From assembly GCA_964036045.1 (NCBI GenBank), contig OZ038378.1:183892001-183956000 (forward strand): 64,000 nt of DNA, written 5' to 3'. The position numbers and the translations under genes are program-made. Within the stretch, counting starts at the first letter, position 1; each line of letters starts with the position of its first letter. The stretch is from Eutreptiella sp. 'Long Island Sound 2002' (lineage: Eukaryota > Protista > Euglenida). This document shows positions 12,971 to 48,994 of this stretch, piece by piece. The notes beneath the pieces are model-generated. The model made no database searches and was not told where the DNA came from. It worked only from the letters and a program-made list of their open reading frames with translations.

Positions 12971-13819
12971 CACATAAGCCCCCCCCCCCCCCCCAAAGCC
13001 CCCGCTGTAGAAGAAGTGATATCTTCGGGGCCGGCAGCTTCAATCCAGCGGCCAAGAGCGGGGGGCTAAAACGTTCGAAGGTCAAAGTGCAGCGTACGGT
13101 GTGGCGTGCTGGCAGGTTGGCCTTCGGGTGTGCGGCTCCGAAACCCGACCCTAAGATCCGGCCAGCGAGACAAGATTGCCCACGTCCCTTTCTGTCAGGG
13201 CCATTGTTGGTGGTGAACAGGAGAGGAGGGCGAACCGATGGAATCCGTTACGCCCGTACCTCAAGAAAGCGTGGGTTGACCAGCGTCTGCACTCAGTTAC
13301 CCCGCCAACCGCCGCCAGCGGGACATAGCTTTGACTCGGTTTGCTTTGTTGACCAGCCCCATTATTGAGCCGAACCATAGAAAGGGTCCGGTGCCTCAGG
13401 AAGGACCATTTTTGTAACGTTGTTGACCACCGCTGTCCAACCTTCTGCGGTGTTAGCGGTCTGCAACAGGCTTCCCCGCGTAAGGGGCAGGGCAGTATGC
13501 GCCAGACATGCCACTAATGTCAGTCAGGAGGGTTGGAACTCAGTAGGAGTCTGCCTCACACTCAATAATAACACTCCCCTGTCATATTTGCACATTCATT
13601 CCTACGCGGGAGGAGTAGGATCCGGCGCAACCGGATCACGTCTGAGTTGGTGGAGACCGGTGGTGATCCTCCCTTCATTGAATGCTCGAGTACTGACGCA
13701 ACATCAACGCACCACGACCGGAAGTCAGACGGATTACGTACTGCACTTGGCCACCCACCTCCGTGTCTCCGGAGTTGCCTGTGTCTGCGGATAAAGAGGC
13801 ACGAGGCCCCCACCAGCAC

Positions 13820-14921
13820 TCAGTACCAAATGGTCACAATATGGCCATTGGTCGTGAAAATATGCAGCAGGTTGTCCAGCAGCTGCTCCCGGAGGTCGTG
13901 CCGCTGCATGATGTCGATGATCTCGTTCCTCGTGTGCTTGCCATCGAGGAGATTGTTCTCGCACAGGAACACAAATGCCTTGTGCTGCTCCGTGTTGGTC
14001 TGGATGACGCGCGTGTTGCTCGCCAGCCGCAGCAGCGACTGCCAGTCCTCCTCACATATGTCCAACGTGGCCGGGGGGCTCTTCCTGTCAGCCCCGTCCT
14101 CGTGCAGCGTGGGGCTCCCAAACGGCGGTGTGTAGGCCATGGTCGGGGTGTAGTCCCCCGGGTACTCACTGCCGCGGTGCCCAGGGGTGGACCGCCGGTG
14201 CTGCGGGTTCCACGAAGTAGGCGAGGGGTCTGGCCGGGGGGTCTGCTGGAGGCCCTCCGAGGGCACGTAATACAGGACCGAGGGGTGGTGCGCCTGGGAG
14301 GGGGTGCTGCGGGAAACGGTGCGGGCCGACCGGTCGGGCATCACGGGGCGACTCCCCAGGGGACCATGTGCGAAGACTAACAGATAATGCGGGTGGATCG
14401 GCTTCAGCACTTTGTTCTCTATCAGCCACTGGAGATGGTCCTTCAACTTGCCCCGGGTGCTGGTGTCCCGCTTGCCCCCCTTCTTCGTGCGGTCAAAGTA
14501 GGCCTGCAACGTCTGCGCCGTGGAGAAGAATTGAATGATATCGAAAAAGGAATATTTGGGATGCACCTTCAGGAAGCTCTGGATGGTCTGCTCCGAGAAA
14601 TCGAAGTCCTCGTGAAGCATCAGCATCACCTTCTGGGGCTCCGGGGAGCGCACACTGCACGACGCCGCCAGCAACTGCGACGCTCGGAAGGCACGACGGG
14701 GCGAGTTGTGGCTGCTGGGCTTGGGGAGGGGGATCTCGAGCAGAATGAAGCCGTTGACGCGCACCTGCACGGACTCTTCCCCGGGCTTGTTGATGCCATC
14801 CACAAGGGTCTTGATCTCCTGGGCCAGTTCGCTTTGCAGCAACGCCTGCCGGTTGAACTCGGCCCAGTTGTCGCACTTGTCGCGCATGGCCCGCAGGTTG
14901 TTCAGCTCATCTCGTAGGAAC
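13820..14921 (-). CDS. NPRL3: NPRL3 exon 2 (to stop codon)
   Basis: ORF 13820..14887 extended to acceptor gcctcag|G TTC CTA. Confidence 0.92.
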
Positions 14922-16763
14922 CTGAGGCAACGTGGTGTGTCGCTGGTTCCGAGGCGCTGCAGCTACGGAGGTTTCTCATGGTAGGTCTCAGTCCGGGTGG
15001 TGGTTCTCCGACTGCGGGTCGGGGTTCCTTGGTTGAGGCTGAGGAATCGTTGGTGCGCAGTGCACACACAGCGCATGCACAGCACCCATTAATGGAGTGA
15101 CTTTGCTGAAACCAGCCCCAAACCCACCAACTACTCAAAACACTACCTGTGCATGCCAAAAGGTGGTAATAAAGGCCAGGGAGCATCATGGTTCCCTGGA
15201 GAATTAAGTATACAGGCAGTGTTGAAGAGCATAACCTCTTTCAGAGATGAAGTGTGCGCATGAATGTTACATGTATGGCCATGCACGCAATCATGCATAA
15301 ACATACACCTTGCCATATTGGAGTCTCCAAAGCAGAGAGGAGTGACATACCCACATACCGTGCTGCATTGGGGTCAGCTCTTTTGCAAAATAGGGATGGG
15401 ATTTGGCTACATCTCTGCCATCAGGGCCTACCCGTACAAGATTGGTGGAAGTGAAGAACATGAAGCACAACAGCACCAAAAAACACCCAAATATCATACA
15501 CCCACATTATCAACAATCCCCAGTGAAAAAAGGGGGGATTGATGTGCAGTGTACAAAATTGCACTTACGGCGGCTTGGGCTCACACTCACTCTACTATTT
15601 TTTTCCGGCTGAGACGTCTGAAACGGCTGAGTTTGTGCACAGCACACGGTGCACCCCTGAAGAATTCATCTAAGTCCCTTCCTGAGTTGTGGCACCAAGT
15701 AACAGGACAGTAATCAGCATCCCCAAGATACCACCCCAGACCCAAATTACAGAAAAAACTTGATCTTCAATAAAGCCAGAAAATGGAACCTCCAAATTCA
15801 ATGGTTGCAAAAGCTGCAGAAATGACACCTTGTGGTGTTTTGACAAGGGGGGGACCCCTCGGTTTTGGACGCCAACCCCCCACGTCCCCAATAACTGTTG
15901 ACTGGAGCCCTCAAGCAACAGTCCGGATCAAAGAGTGGCGCATGTAGGGCAAGCGAGGGTCCCCCACGGTGACTGTGTCCCGGACCGAATCGGCGGATAT
16001 CCTGTGTTCAGTTTCAACTTGACCTGTCCTTTGCATATGCACTCAAGGAATGCGACGCCCTGATGGTATCACTGGATTCGGGTGCTGCTCCTCATCACTG
16101 ATGCAGGGACTGTAACACACGCTGTTCTAGGGGGTTCTGGAGGAGGATCCTGACCCACACCTCAGTGCCCCTGCCGTCTCTAGCCCTGACTGGCGCAGCC
16201 CGCTGTCACAGCCAGTACCGCACTCAATGGCATGCAGCCATGGGGTCAAACCATCGCCGGGGGGCACAAGGAGACAACCCGCAGCGCAGGTCCTCTCTCA
16301 TGCACGTGAGCGTGAATTGTTGCAACAGCATTTTGTACTGCGCAATGGAGCGCGACCACAAATCACACTCCTCAAGCTGCTGCAGCCCCAGGACGAAGAT
16401 GAACGGATCCGTCCCGTTTTTGTCCGGACTGACCGCGTGCACGTTCACGAAGTTGATGATGAAGACGTAGTCCTTCGCCGCCAGCGTGAACAGGGAGCTG
16501 CACGCCGACGTATTGGGGAACAGCATTGGGACGATCGGCGACAAGAGGTCCGTGGTCGATTCGCTCTTGTTGCCACCGTCCACCTCCTTGGCATCCTTGG
16601 ACTCGTCCGCGAGGCCCTGGGTCTGACTGGCTTCCGCCTCGGCATCGTGCCCCGCCAGCAAGGCCAGTTCTTTCAGTGGGTATCGCAGGACCGTGCGGGT
16701 GCCCTTTTCAATGGATTTGATGGCGACGACCATAAACGCCTTGTTGTCAAAAGGGTCCTGCAT
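13820..16763 (-). CDS. NPRL3: GATOR1 complex subunit NPRL3 / nitrogen permease regulator 3, 2 exons (16763-16279, 14921-13820), 528 aa
   Basis: Motifs collinear with NPRL3 as I recall it: N-terminal longin start MVVAIKSIEKGTRTVLRYP (cf. VILVSSGSRGNKLLFRYP), MREDLRCG|FLRDEL (cf. QHEERRCQYLTRE), ELAQEIKTLVDGI...VRVNGFILLEIPLP, HPKYSFFDIIQFFS, LQWLIENKVLKPIH, and C-terminal LLDGKHTRNEII. GT-AG intron 14922-16278; CDS 1587 nt is divisible by 3. Confidence 0.9.
16279..16763 (-). CDS. NPRL3: NPRL3 exon 1 (MQDPFDNKAF...MREDLRCG)
   Basis: gccATG start, longin-like sequence, donor GG|gttgtc. Confidence 0.88.
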
Positions 16764-17039
16764 GGCTGCATGACAGCGACCAGCCTGGCACAACGGTCGT
16801 GACTCACGGTGCGGCTCGGTAGCCTTAGCCTTTGCAAACACAAAAAAAGCTCTACAAACATGTCGTGCCCAGTCTTGAGATGCGCACTCATGTCGGGGGT
16901 GATGATACGCAATGAGACACATCGTGAATGCCCCGCGGTGTATGGGCGTCTCCAGAGCAGCTCTGCCCACTGCAGGATATTGGCACCGTGCATGTACTGC
17001 CCTCCCACTGATAACATCACTTTCCATGTGCTGCTCACA

Positions 17040-17700
17040 TGGGATCATAAGCCCGCTCTCCGACCTGATCCACAACCCTCCAACCCTCTCTACAACCCTG
17101 CCTGTAGTCCTCTCTGCGGCATTCTGTACTTCCCTCTCTGCACGACAATCCTCTCCGCAATCCTTTCTACCACCCTCTGTCGCACAGCTTTTTCTACAAC
17201 CCTCTCTCCACCTCTTTGCAGCCTGCTCTACGCACCGCTCTACAAGCATCTCTATGATCGTCTCCACAACCCTCTCGGTAATACTCTCGACAACCCACTC
17301 TACGGCTCCTCTCTACAAGCCTCTCCGCAACCTGCTCTACACATATCACAGCGCTCTCTGTGACCCTGTAAATGAAGCTCTGTACAACCCTGTCTAAAAT
17401 CTTATCTACAAGCGCCTGTGCAACCCTCTCGATAAATGCTCTCCCTGTCCACAACCCGTTGTACCACCCTCTACAATATTGCCTCCACAAGCCCGCTCTA
17501 CAACCCCCGCAAGAGAAGAGGGTGGACAGGCTTCTCAGGATGTTTCTCAAGAGGTTGGTCGACAGGGGTGTAGAGAGTAGGATTGTTGAGAGGCCTGTAG
17601 AAAGGGGGGTAGAGAGTGGTGTTAAGAGACTTGCAAGGATGTTTTAGGGAGGGTTGTAAAGCGGGTTGTAAAGCGGGGTACAACCCTGAGCATGCACTTG
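17040..17700. repeat. Degenerate CTCTACAACCC-type low-complexity repeat with partly inverted second half
   Basis: Recurrent ctctacaaccc/ctctctac motifs, followed by ggttgtaaag/gtagagag motifs; similar text at 18770-18950. Confidence 0.7.
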
Positions 17701-17779
17701 CACTGCGCACTACTTTTGGATCCTACTTTCCAGAACCAACGTGCTGCTCCCCACATGAAATGGCCCATTTAGTCATCAA

Positions 17780-18440
17780 AAAGCAACGTGTAGAGTGCAG
17801 TGCGCAGACTGCGCAGGGGGCACTCTCTCCGGTCTGTACCACAAACATTGTGCAGTGGGTCATGTGTGCAAGATGCAGAATGCACAAAATGGGCATACAG
17901 TGTGTAGTGTGCTGCGTGCACAGAGTATGGCCTGCCAATTGCGCAATGCGTAGTCAGCGGGGTGCATGGTGTGGTGCACACAATATGCAATATGCAATGT
18001 GCAGAGTGTGCAATGGGCGTTCTGCAGCATGCAAAATACACAATGTGCAATGCACAAAATGTGCAATGTGCAGAGTGTGTGTTGTGCAGGGTGCAGGGTG
18101 CGTAGAGCTGCAGTGTGCAAAGTTGCGTGCAATGCAAAACCTGCTTGTGCAACACGCAATGTGCAGAGTGTGCACCTTGGAGATTGCCAGAGTGTGAAAT
18201 ATTAACGTGCAGTTGGGTGTTTAAAATGCAGTTTGCACTTTGGAAAATGTCCAGTGTGCAGAGTGTCGAGTATTTGGGGTGCAATGCGGTGTGCAAAATG
18301 CACAGTACAAAGAGCGCTAGGTGCGCAGTGTGCTAGGTCCATGGGTTACAGTGTGCAGTGTGCGTGGTGGCACAGCGTGCAATGTTCCAAGTGTGTACTG
18401 TACAATCCCAATACTGCGTCTCGATTAGGCTGTGCAATGG
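17780..18440. repeat. Degenerate GTGCAATGTGCA-type low-complexity repeat
   Basis: Recurrent tgca/gtgca motifs; source of many Cys-rich spurious ORFs. Confidence 0.75.
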
Positions 18441-20886
18441 CATGCCTCAGTGCCCCAACTGCAATTTATTCACCTTCACCACCCATCCTTGCATCCTGAC
18501 ACGCAGTCAAAAAAGATTGCAAATGGGGTGTTGTATGTTTCTACTCTCAAAGGGATGGTGCAGGGGTGGTATCGCTGAGGTTGAAGTAGCAAAACGTGAC
18601 TGGAACGCCACGGCAGGGCGCTCAAGGGAGGGTGGCGCCTGAAAAAAGCCAAACAGTGGGCCCTGCTTCTAGCAAATGTGCCCCTTTAATTTGTACACGG
18701 TCCCACAAGTGGCGCAAAATATGGGTGCTTAATCTGCCCAGACAGCCAAATAGGTGCACTGCATGGGCAACTATCTCTGCAGCCCCCTCTACGACCCTCT
18801 CTGCAACCTGTCTGCAACCTCTCTGCAGCCCTGGTTCACAACTTTTCTTTGCCGTCCTTTGCATAACCTGCCTGAAACCCTTGCCAACCCTCATTGCAAT
18901 TCTCTGCAATCCTATTTGTGGCCCTCCTTACAGCCCCCTCCACGGCACAACTGTCGACAACAGAAGCAACACCAGACAGGCAAGACAAAATGGGCACCAA
19001 GAAACAGGTAAGGCAGTACAAACATGCCAAGGGCTGTCCAGCGAGTGGAAGCTTCGGCTTATTCTTCACTGACGACACTTTCAGCCAACTCCTCTTCTCT
19101 CACCGGATTCTGTGTCCCTGCCAAACAGAGTGGCCCCAGAGTGCCTCGTATTCCTTACCGTCAACAATGACAATGCGGTCAGTACAGACACAAACCCATC
19201 CCCAACCACATCTGTGTATGAGCTTGGCTTGCTGATGTCACCCCACCACCTTCTACAAATGACAAAAATGATTTCCATCGCATTAGCACATTTGCCGGAA
19301 CGTTCTCTTTTGCTCACCCAATCACCATCCCGTGCCAAACCGTAGGACGTTACCTGATTTTTTTTTTGGTCCAGACCAAGGTGAGCTGGCGTACCCTGCT
19401 CATCATATGGTACTCGAGACAACGTCTCGGAATCAAGGTTCAGAGCTGTCCGGTGCTACGATGATCCCACAAATGACCCTGGTAGCGGATCTGACACGTA
19501 GTGGGAATTAGCTGAGTCTGAAATCAGGTTGGGAGACTGCCAGGCCCGTAGGCTTCCCAGTGTGCATGAGGCACAATGACTGTAGGCTGAAAAGGACAGC
19601 GGTGTGAAGACTGAAGGCTGGGATGAACCAGCGGGTTGCATTCCATACAATATCAGTACCGGGGAGGGAGGGGGAGACGGCATTCAGGCATAGATGGTCA
19701 ACATTCACTACGGGGTTGGGAACTCTGGACTAAGGGGGAACCGTAGGACATCGCCTGATTGCGTCTCCCACTGCACTCACTACCCTTACAATTGATCACT
19801 TACACCTAACAATAATGCATGGACAATGCCAATGCGCTGCGCACACTGCGTAGGGACTGCATGCACACTGTGTGCATATTCGGTTAAACCATCTAAGTGA
19901 TAGGAAACCCCCTAAATACACCACCTTGGAACAACATGGCAATGCACCAACACAAACAGCGAGAGAATTTTGCTGTCTCCAACATTCTACCTGGATGTAC
20001 GGATGAACAACTGAATTACACACCCAAAGTACCGGTGCTCTTGGCCAACTTGAGTACTAATTCTGTTTACAGTACTTTTCCAAGACTTTGCTCGCTTCTC
20101 CTGTAGCCAATTAAAGCAAGAGATAGGTTCCTTGGTGTCGTGAGGAACCTGCGTCCATACTTCAGATTCCGAGATAAGCCACTATGGCTGCGTCATCCTG
20201 CCGTTTCAAGGTCTCCAAAGCAGAGAGGAGTACAGTGGCCACATAACAACTAGCTTTCAACTGTTTAAGCCAAACCCCTGAACAACCATCAAACACCCTT
20301 TCTATAAACTCCTTCTGCACAATTCTCATCACATGGATACCATCAATAGAATGGAACGCACTTTGAGGGTCCGCTTTTAGGGTTTGGTAGTTGCTGGCCT
20401 TTGAAAGTTCGCATTGTGTGCGCACCGCGTAGACAGCATTCCAAATAATCCCCAGCCTGCAGCCTGCAGGCAGTCTGACTCTCACTCTCACCCACATGCA
20501 AATGTGAGCATTGTGAAGCATGGTCATATGCTGGTGCGCGCGCTTGAACACAGGTGTGTAGTTGCATATGCATGCACATTTGTGTACGTTACGGAGATGA
20601 TGTGAAAATGAGGCACTCAGGCCATGGGGCTGCTGCAGAGTACAGGGCCTAAGCCTCACCCAAGTTGCACACCCCTCCTCTGTAGCCGCTGTGCATGCAT
20701 GGCTTTGCATACTTGGTTCGCATATCCACCTGTGCAAACACGTAGGCATGTGTGGAGCTGTGGCTGTGCACATGGATGCGGTTGTGGGGAGGACGGCGAG
20801 CGTACCTGCACTAATTTTCAATCCCCATTTCATTCGTGGAAGAGGGGGGGGCGTCGAGCATTCCTGGGGGCCTGCAGAAGTGTTTG

Positions 20887-20926
<40 letters not shown>

Positions 20927-20975
20927 CGTGTGTCTGTGTGTGTGTGTGTGCGCGCGCGCGCGTGTGTGTGTGTGT
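20887..20975. repeat. (GT)n/(GC)n microsatellite
   Basis: Direct reading. Confidence 0.95.
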
Positions 20976-23055
20976 CGCTGGCTGACGGATGCAAGTCACA
21001 TCTGCGATTCGGAGCAGTGCAAAAGTGTTTATCGGCTGGCTTCCAGTCGCGTTTTGGCAGAGCATATGGGGCTTCCTTCGCTACCCACTGCCTGGCCAAT
21101 GATATCACACAAATTCGAGCCAGAAAAAGGAGAGAGAGGGCGACAAAGCCAGCGGACCACTAGAAGCGCAGACGAAACGGCCGATGCGCACAAGTGCAGC
21201 ATCAACGGAAATAAATTGCGAAGCATGTGTGTCTGTAGGCCAACAGGTGTACGCAGGTGCATGCAGTTGAATGCATGTGCAAGGGTTTGGGTTTGGCTGG
21301 GGGCTCTTGCGTGCAAACTAGAGTTGCTATGACGGTCAAACAGGGTGGTGCACTGAGGGGGCGAAAAGACCCACAACAGAAAAATTACAGATGGCAAAAT
21401 CCTAGCGGGACTGAAATCTGACTAGTTTCCATCCCCCCCCCCCCTGTTTCGGGGAGGCCAGAAGGCAGCACCAGTGCCCCTCTTACCACACCCTCCTTGA
21501 CCAGAAACTGTTTACCTCCGTACTGGGGTTGTACTGGTGTGAGGTGGGTGTTTCATCGGTATCATAAAGCTGTTCAATGGTGTGGGTATGGGTTCGTATG
21601 GATGAACAAGGTCCCTACTCTCTCCACACGCGCTGGAGAGGGGCAGTATACAGGACAAAGAAGGAGCGCAGACAAACGGTGTGGATGGTGTCAAGTGTGC
21701 TGTATCCATGCTCTGCAGAACCACACAACTGCACTGCTTAGGGTCACCTGCTTCGTTCCCGGCATGAAATCAACACGTCCTTTTGACGACATTGAGAAAA
21801 AAAAGGGGGGGCGGGGGCGGGGGATTCCTACGGTTTGCACTGATGTTGCTGCTCTGCAAATATCCATTTGCTACCCAGCCACTGCCATCCGTGGACTGCC
21901 AACCACCGTTGGGCGACCGTCAAACACCGTCGGATGCCAGTCTCCGTCGAATACTCCTCCCGGCATTCCAAATCATGTTCCCCTCTGGAATACACAGACA
22001 TACCGACCCATGTGCACGTGTAGAGCAAACCACACGAAACAAAGCATTGACCCCAAACGCAACCCGTTTGGCAACACTAATCTCCTTGGCCCCAACTTTT
22101 GTCAGGCAGTTGGGGGCAAATGGTGCCAGGGGCCGCGTTGTGGGGGAACTGTCCCAAAGAGTAAAACAAACCAAAACTCCGGCCCCCTTGGCAACGCCAT
22201 GACCGACAAAACCACCGTCGGTCCGCATTGGCGCACCAACAACCCTCAAATGGCTGGTTCCTTACCGACTGTTGTTCGGTTCGCCCCCGACCGCATTGCG
22301 AGGCCGTCCTTCAAGACGGGTCTCGGCAACAACAAAAGATGAAAGACAATGGACGTGGGTCCTTGAGGATGGCTCTGCACTGCGCAGATTGCGCGCGCTA
22401 CACCACCTCGCATCGCGGTGTGTGTGTGTGTGTGTGTATGTGTGTGCACTGCACCGACAGCTCCCCTTCTAGTGCCCCGGGAGGAGGGAGAGGGAGGGCA
22501 TTCACTGCCGGGATGAAAAATCAGCAGAATTCGGCTGGAGTACCTTATTCCCAAGGAGCAATCGCCATACATATATATTTTGGGCGTGCCACTACCCCTT
22601 TCCCAGCAGCTTGATGCGGAATGTGCTTGATAGCGGGAAACCGCTCGGTGCTGGGGATGGTATTGGAGGTATGCAGCGCCAACGTGGAGAGATTGGTGCA
22701 GATGTGCGTGTGTGTGTCTGCGCGCGCTGGCGCTCGGAGGTGCCACTGGGGTGAGGAGGGGGTTGCTGTCATGCTTCAACGGAGCAACAAGGGGCGGTGG
22801 TGGGTGCAGAAGCCCCGCCGCAAAAATGTCCAGAAAGTCAGAGACATCCAGAACATCAGAGTACCCAGGCTCATCCGGCTCCGTCCTGAGAGGAACCCAC
22901 CGACCCACACACCCACCCCCTCCCACCCCTTCCACAACGACACAGAACCCTCGGGCCTTTTCCAGGGCCTGACAGCCCGGTCACGTCGTGCGTGTGCATG
23001 CGCGTGCACATGCAAGCGCGTGCACGTGCGTGTGCGTGTCTGGATGCTGGGGTCC

Positions 23056-47657
<24,602 letters not shown>

Positions 47658-48204
47658 CTGCAGGACGACGACAGGACGGGTCGGAATCAATGGGGAGCGG
47701 CGAAGTCGGGCTAGGCCTGTTGCAGGGGAAGGGGGTAAGGCGAGCCGCTCTCCTGAGCCGCCGTTGTCAGAAGGTTCTAGTCGCACATGTTGGTCAGCTC
47801 ATTGCGGCCCAGCCCCAGTCGGGGCCAGGGATGTGCTTATCCATGCGGGGGCGTGGGGGGGCGCGGGGGGCGGGGGGGATCTGGCGGACCCATCCACCCA
47901 AACCACCCATGCGCCCGAAACCAAAAAAGCGTTCCTCCAGGGAAAATGAAATTTTTGAATTGGGGGGCCAAAAATGAGAGGCCCCTTTCAGATACACAAC
48001 TTTTTTTTTTACAGTCATTACGCCCTCCCCCGCCCTCCCCCCTCCCGTCACGTAGGCCAAACACTGAGTACAACGCTGTCCGGGACCCAAACTGGCTCCT
48101 CAGAGCCGCGGAGGGCCCACCCTCATCCCACCCTTGCACAGGACCTCCTTCACAGCACGGAGCCTGGAGTGAGTATGCCGATTGGTACTTCCGGGCGTAC
48201 GTAG

Positions 48205-48316
48205 TTGGCGGTTGGTGGCGGTCGGCGGTTGGTGGCAGTTGGCGGCGGTTGGCAGTTGGCGGTTGGCGGTTGGTGGTTGGCGGTTGGTGGCGGTTGGTGG
48301 CGGTTGGCGGTTGGTG
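48205..48316. repeat. (GGCGGTT)n-type repeat
   Basis: Direct reading. Confidence 0.9.
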
Positions 48317-48785
48317 GTCCCTGGGGGTTATCCTCAAGGACTGTCCTTAACGAAAAAATTTGGGCTTCTTAAGGACACCCGTTTAAAAGCGTGGGGAGGA
48401 GGCCGGGGTTGTTTTGGGGGGGCGAGGGGGGGGGATGGAGTGGAGTGGAGTGGCTGCCGCATTCCACAAGTGCTAGACCCGTGGCGCCCGTAGGCTGGAG
48501 GCCATGGGCGGCAGTGGCGACCTGACACACTGTACGACAGGCGAAGAGCGGCCCGCCGTGGCGGTCCGGGGGATGTTCGGGCAAGGCACCCCTCGAAGCC
48601 GCGAAGCGGGGTGACCGGGCGTGCCGAACGGACACACCAGCAGCCACCGAGGGCAGGACCACATCGCGCGCGGGGGTACGGCGCGCGATTGTCCCTGGGC
48701 AAGCGCAGTACATGCACGGGGGGGCCGTCCCCTCGCTTTTAGACGCGACTCCCCCCCCCAGTAGAAGTGGGCCGAAGGCCCCTAG

Positions 48786-48816
<31 letters not shown>

Positions 48817-48962
48817 TTGGAGGGGGGTTCAGGGAGGGGCGATGGGGGGGGGGGAGGGCGGTCGGGAGGGTCAGTTGGGGGGGGGGTCCAGGTGGGGCGA
48901 TTTGGGGTGGTGAAGGGGGGGGAGGCTCCCATCACCTCCCCTTGCCCTCCCTCTGGGGTGAG

Positions 48963-48994
48963 AGCTAGGGCTAGGGCTAGGGCTAGGGTTAGGG
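48963..48994 (+). repeat. Interstitial telomere-like repeats (CTAGGG)4 TTAGGG
   Basis: ctagggctagggctagggctagggttaggg read directly. Confidence 0.85.

Noticed and set aside
22760-22900. Exon-like stretch PGYSDVLDVSDFLDIFAAGLLHPPP downstream of the CobW stop
   Set aside because: It lies after an in-frame TGA, has no motif similarity and runs into low-complexity sequence; treated as 3' UTR
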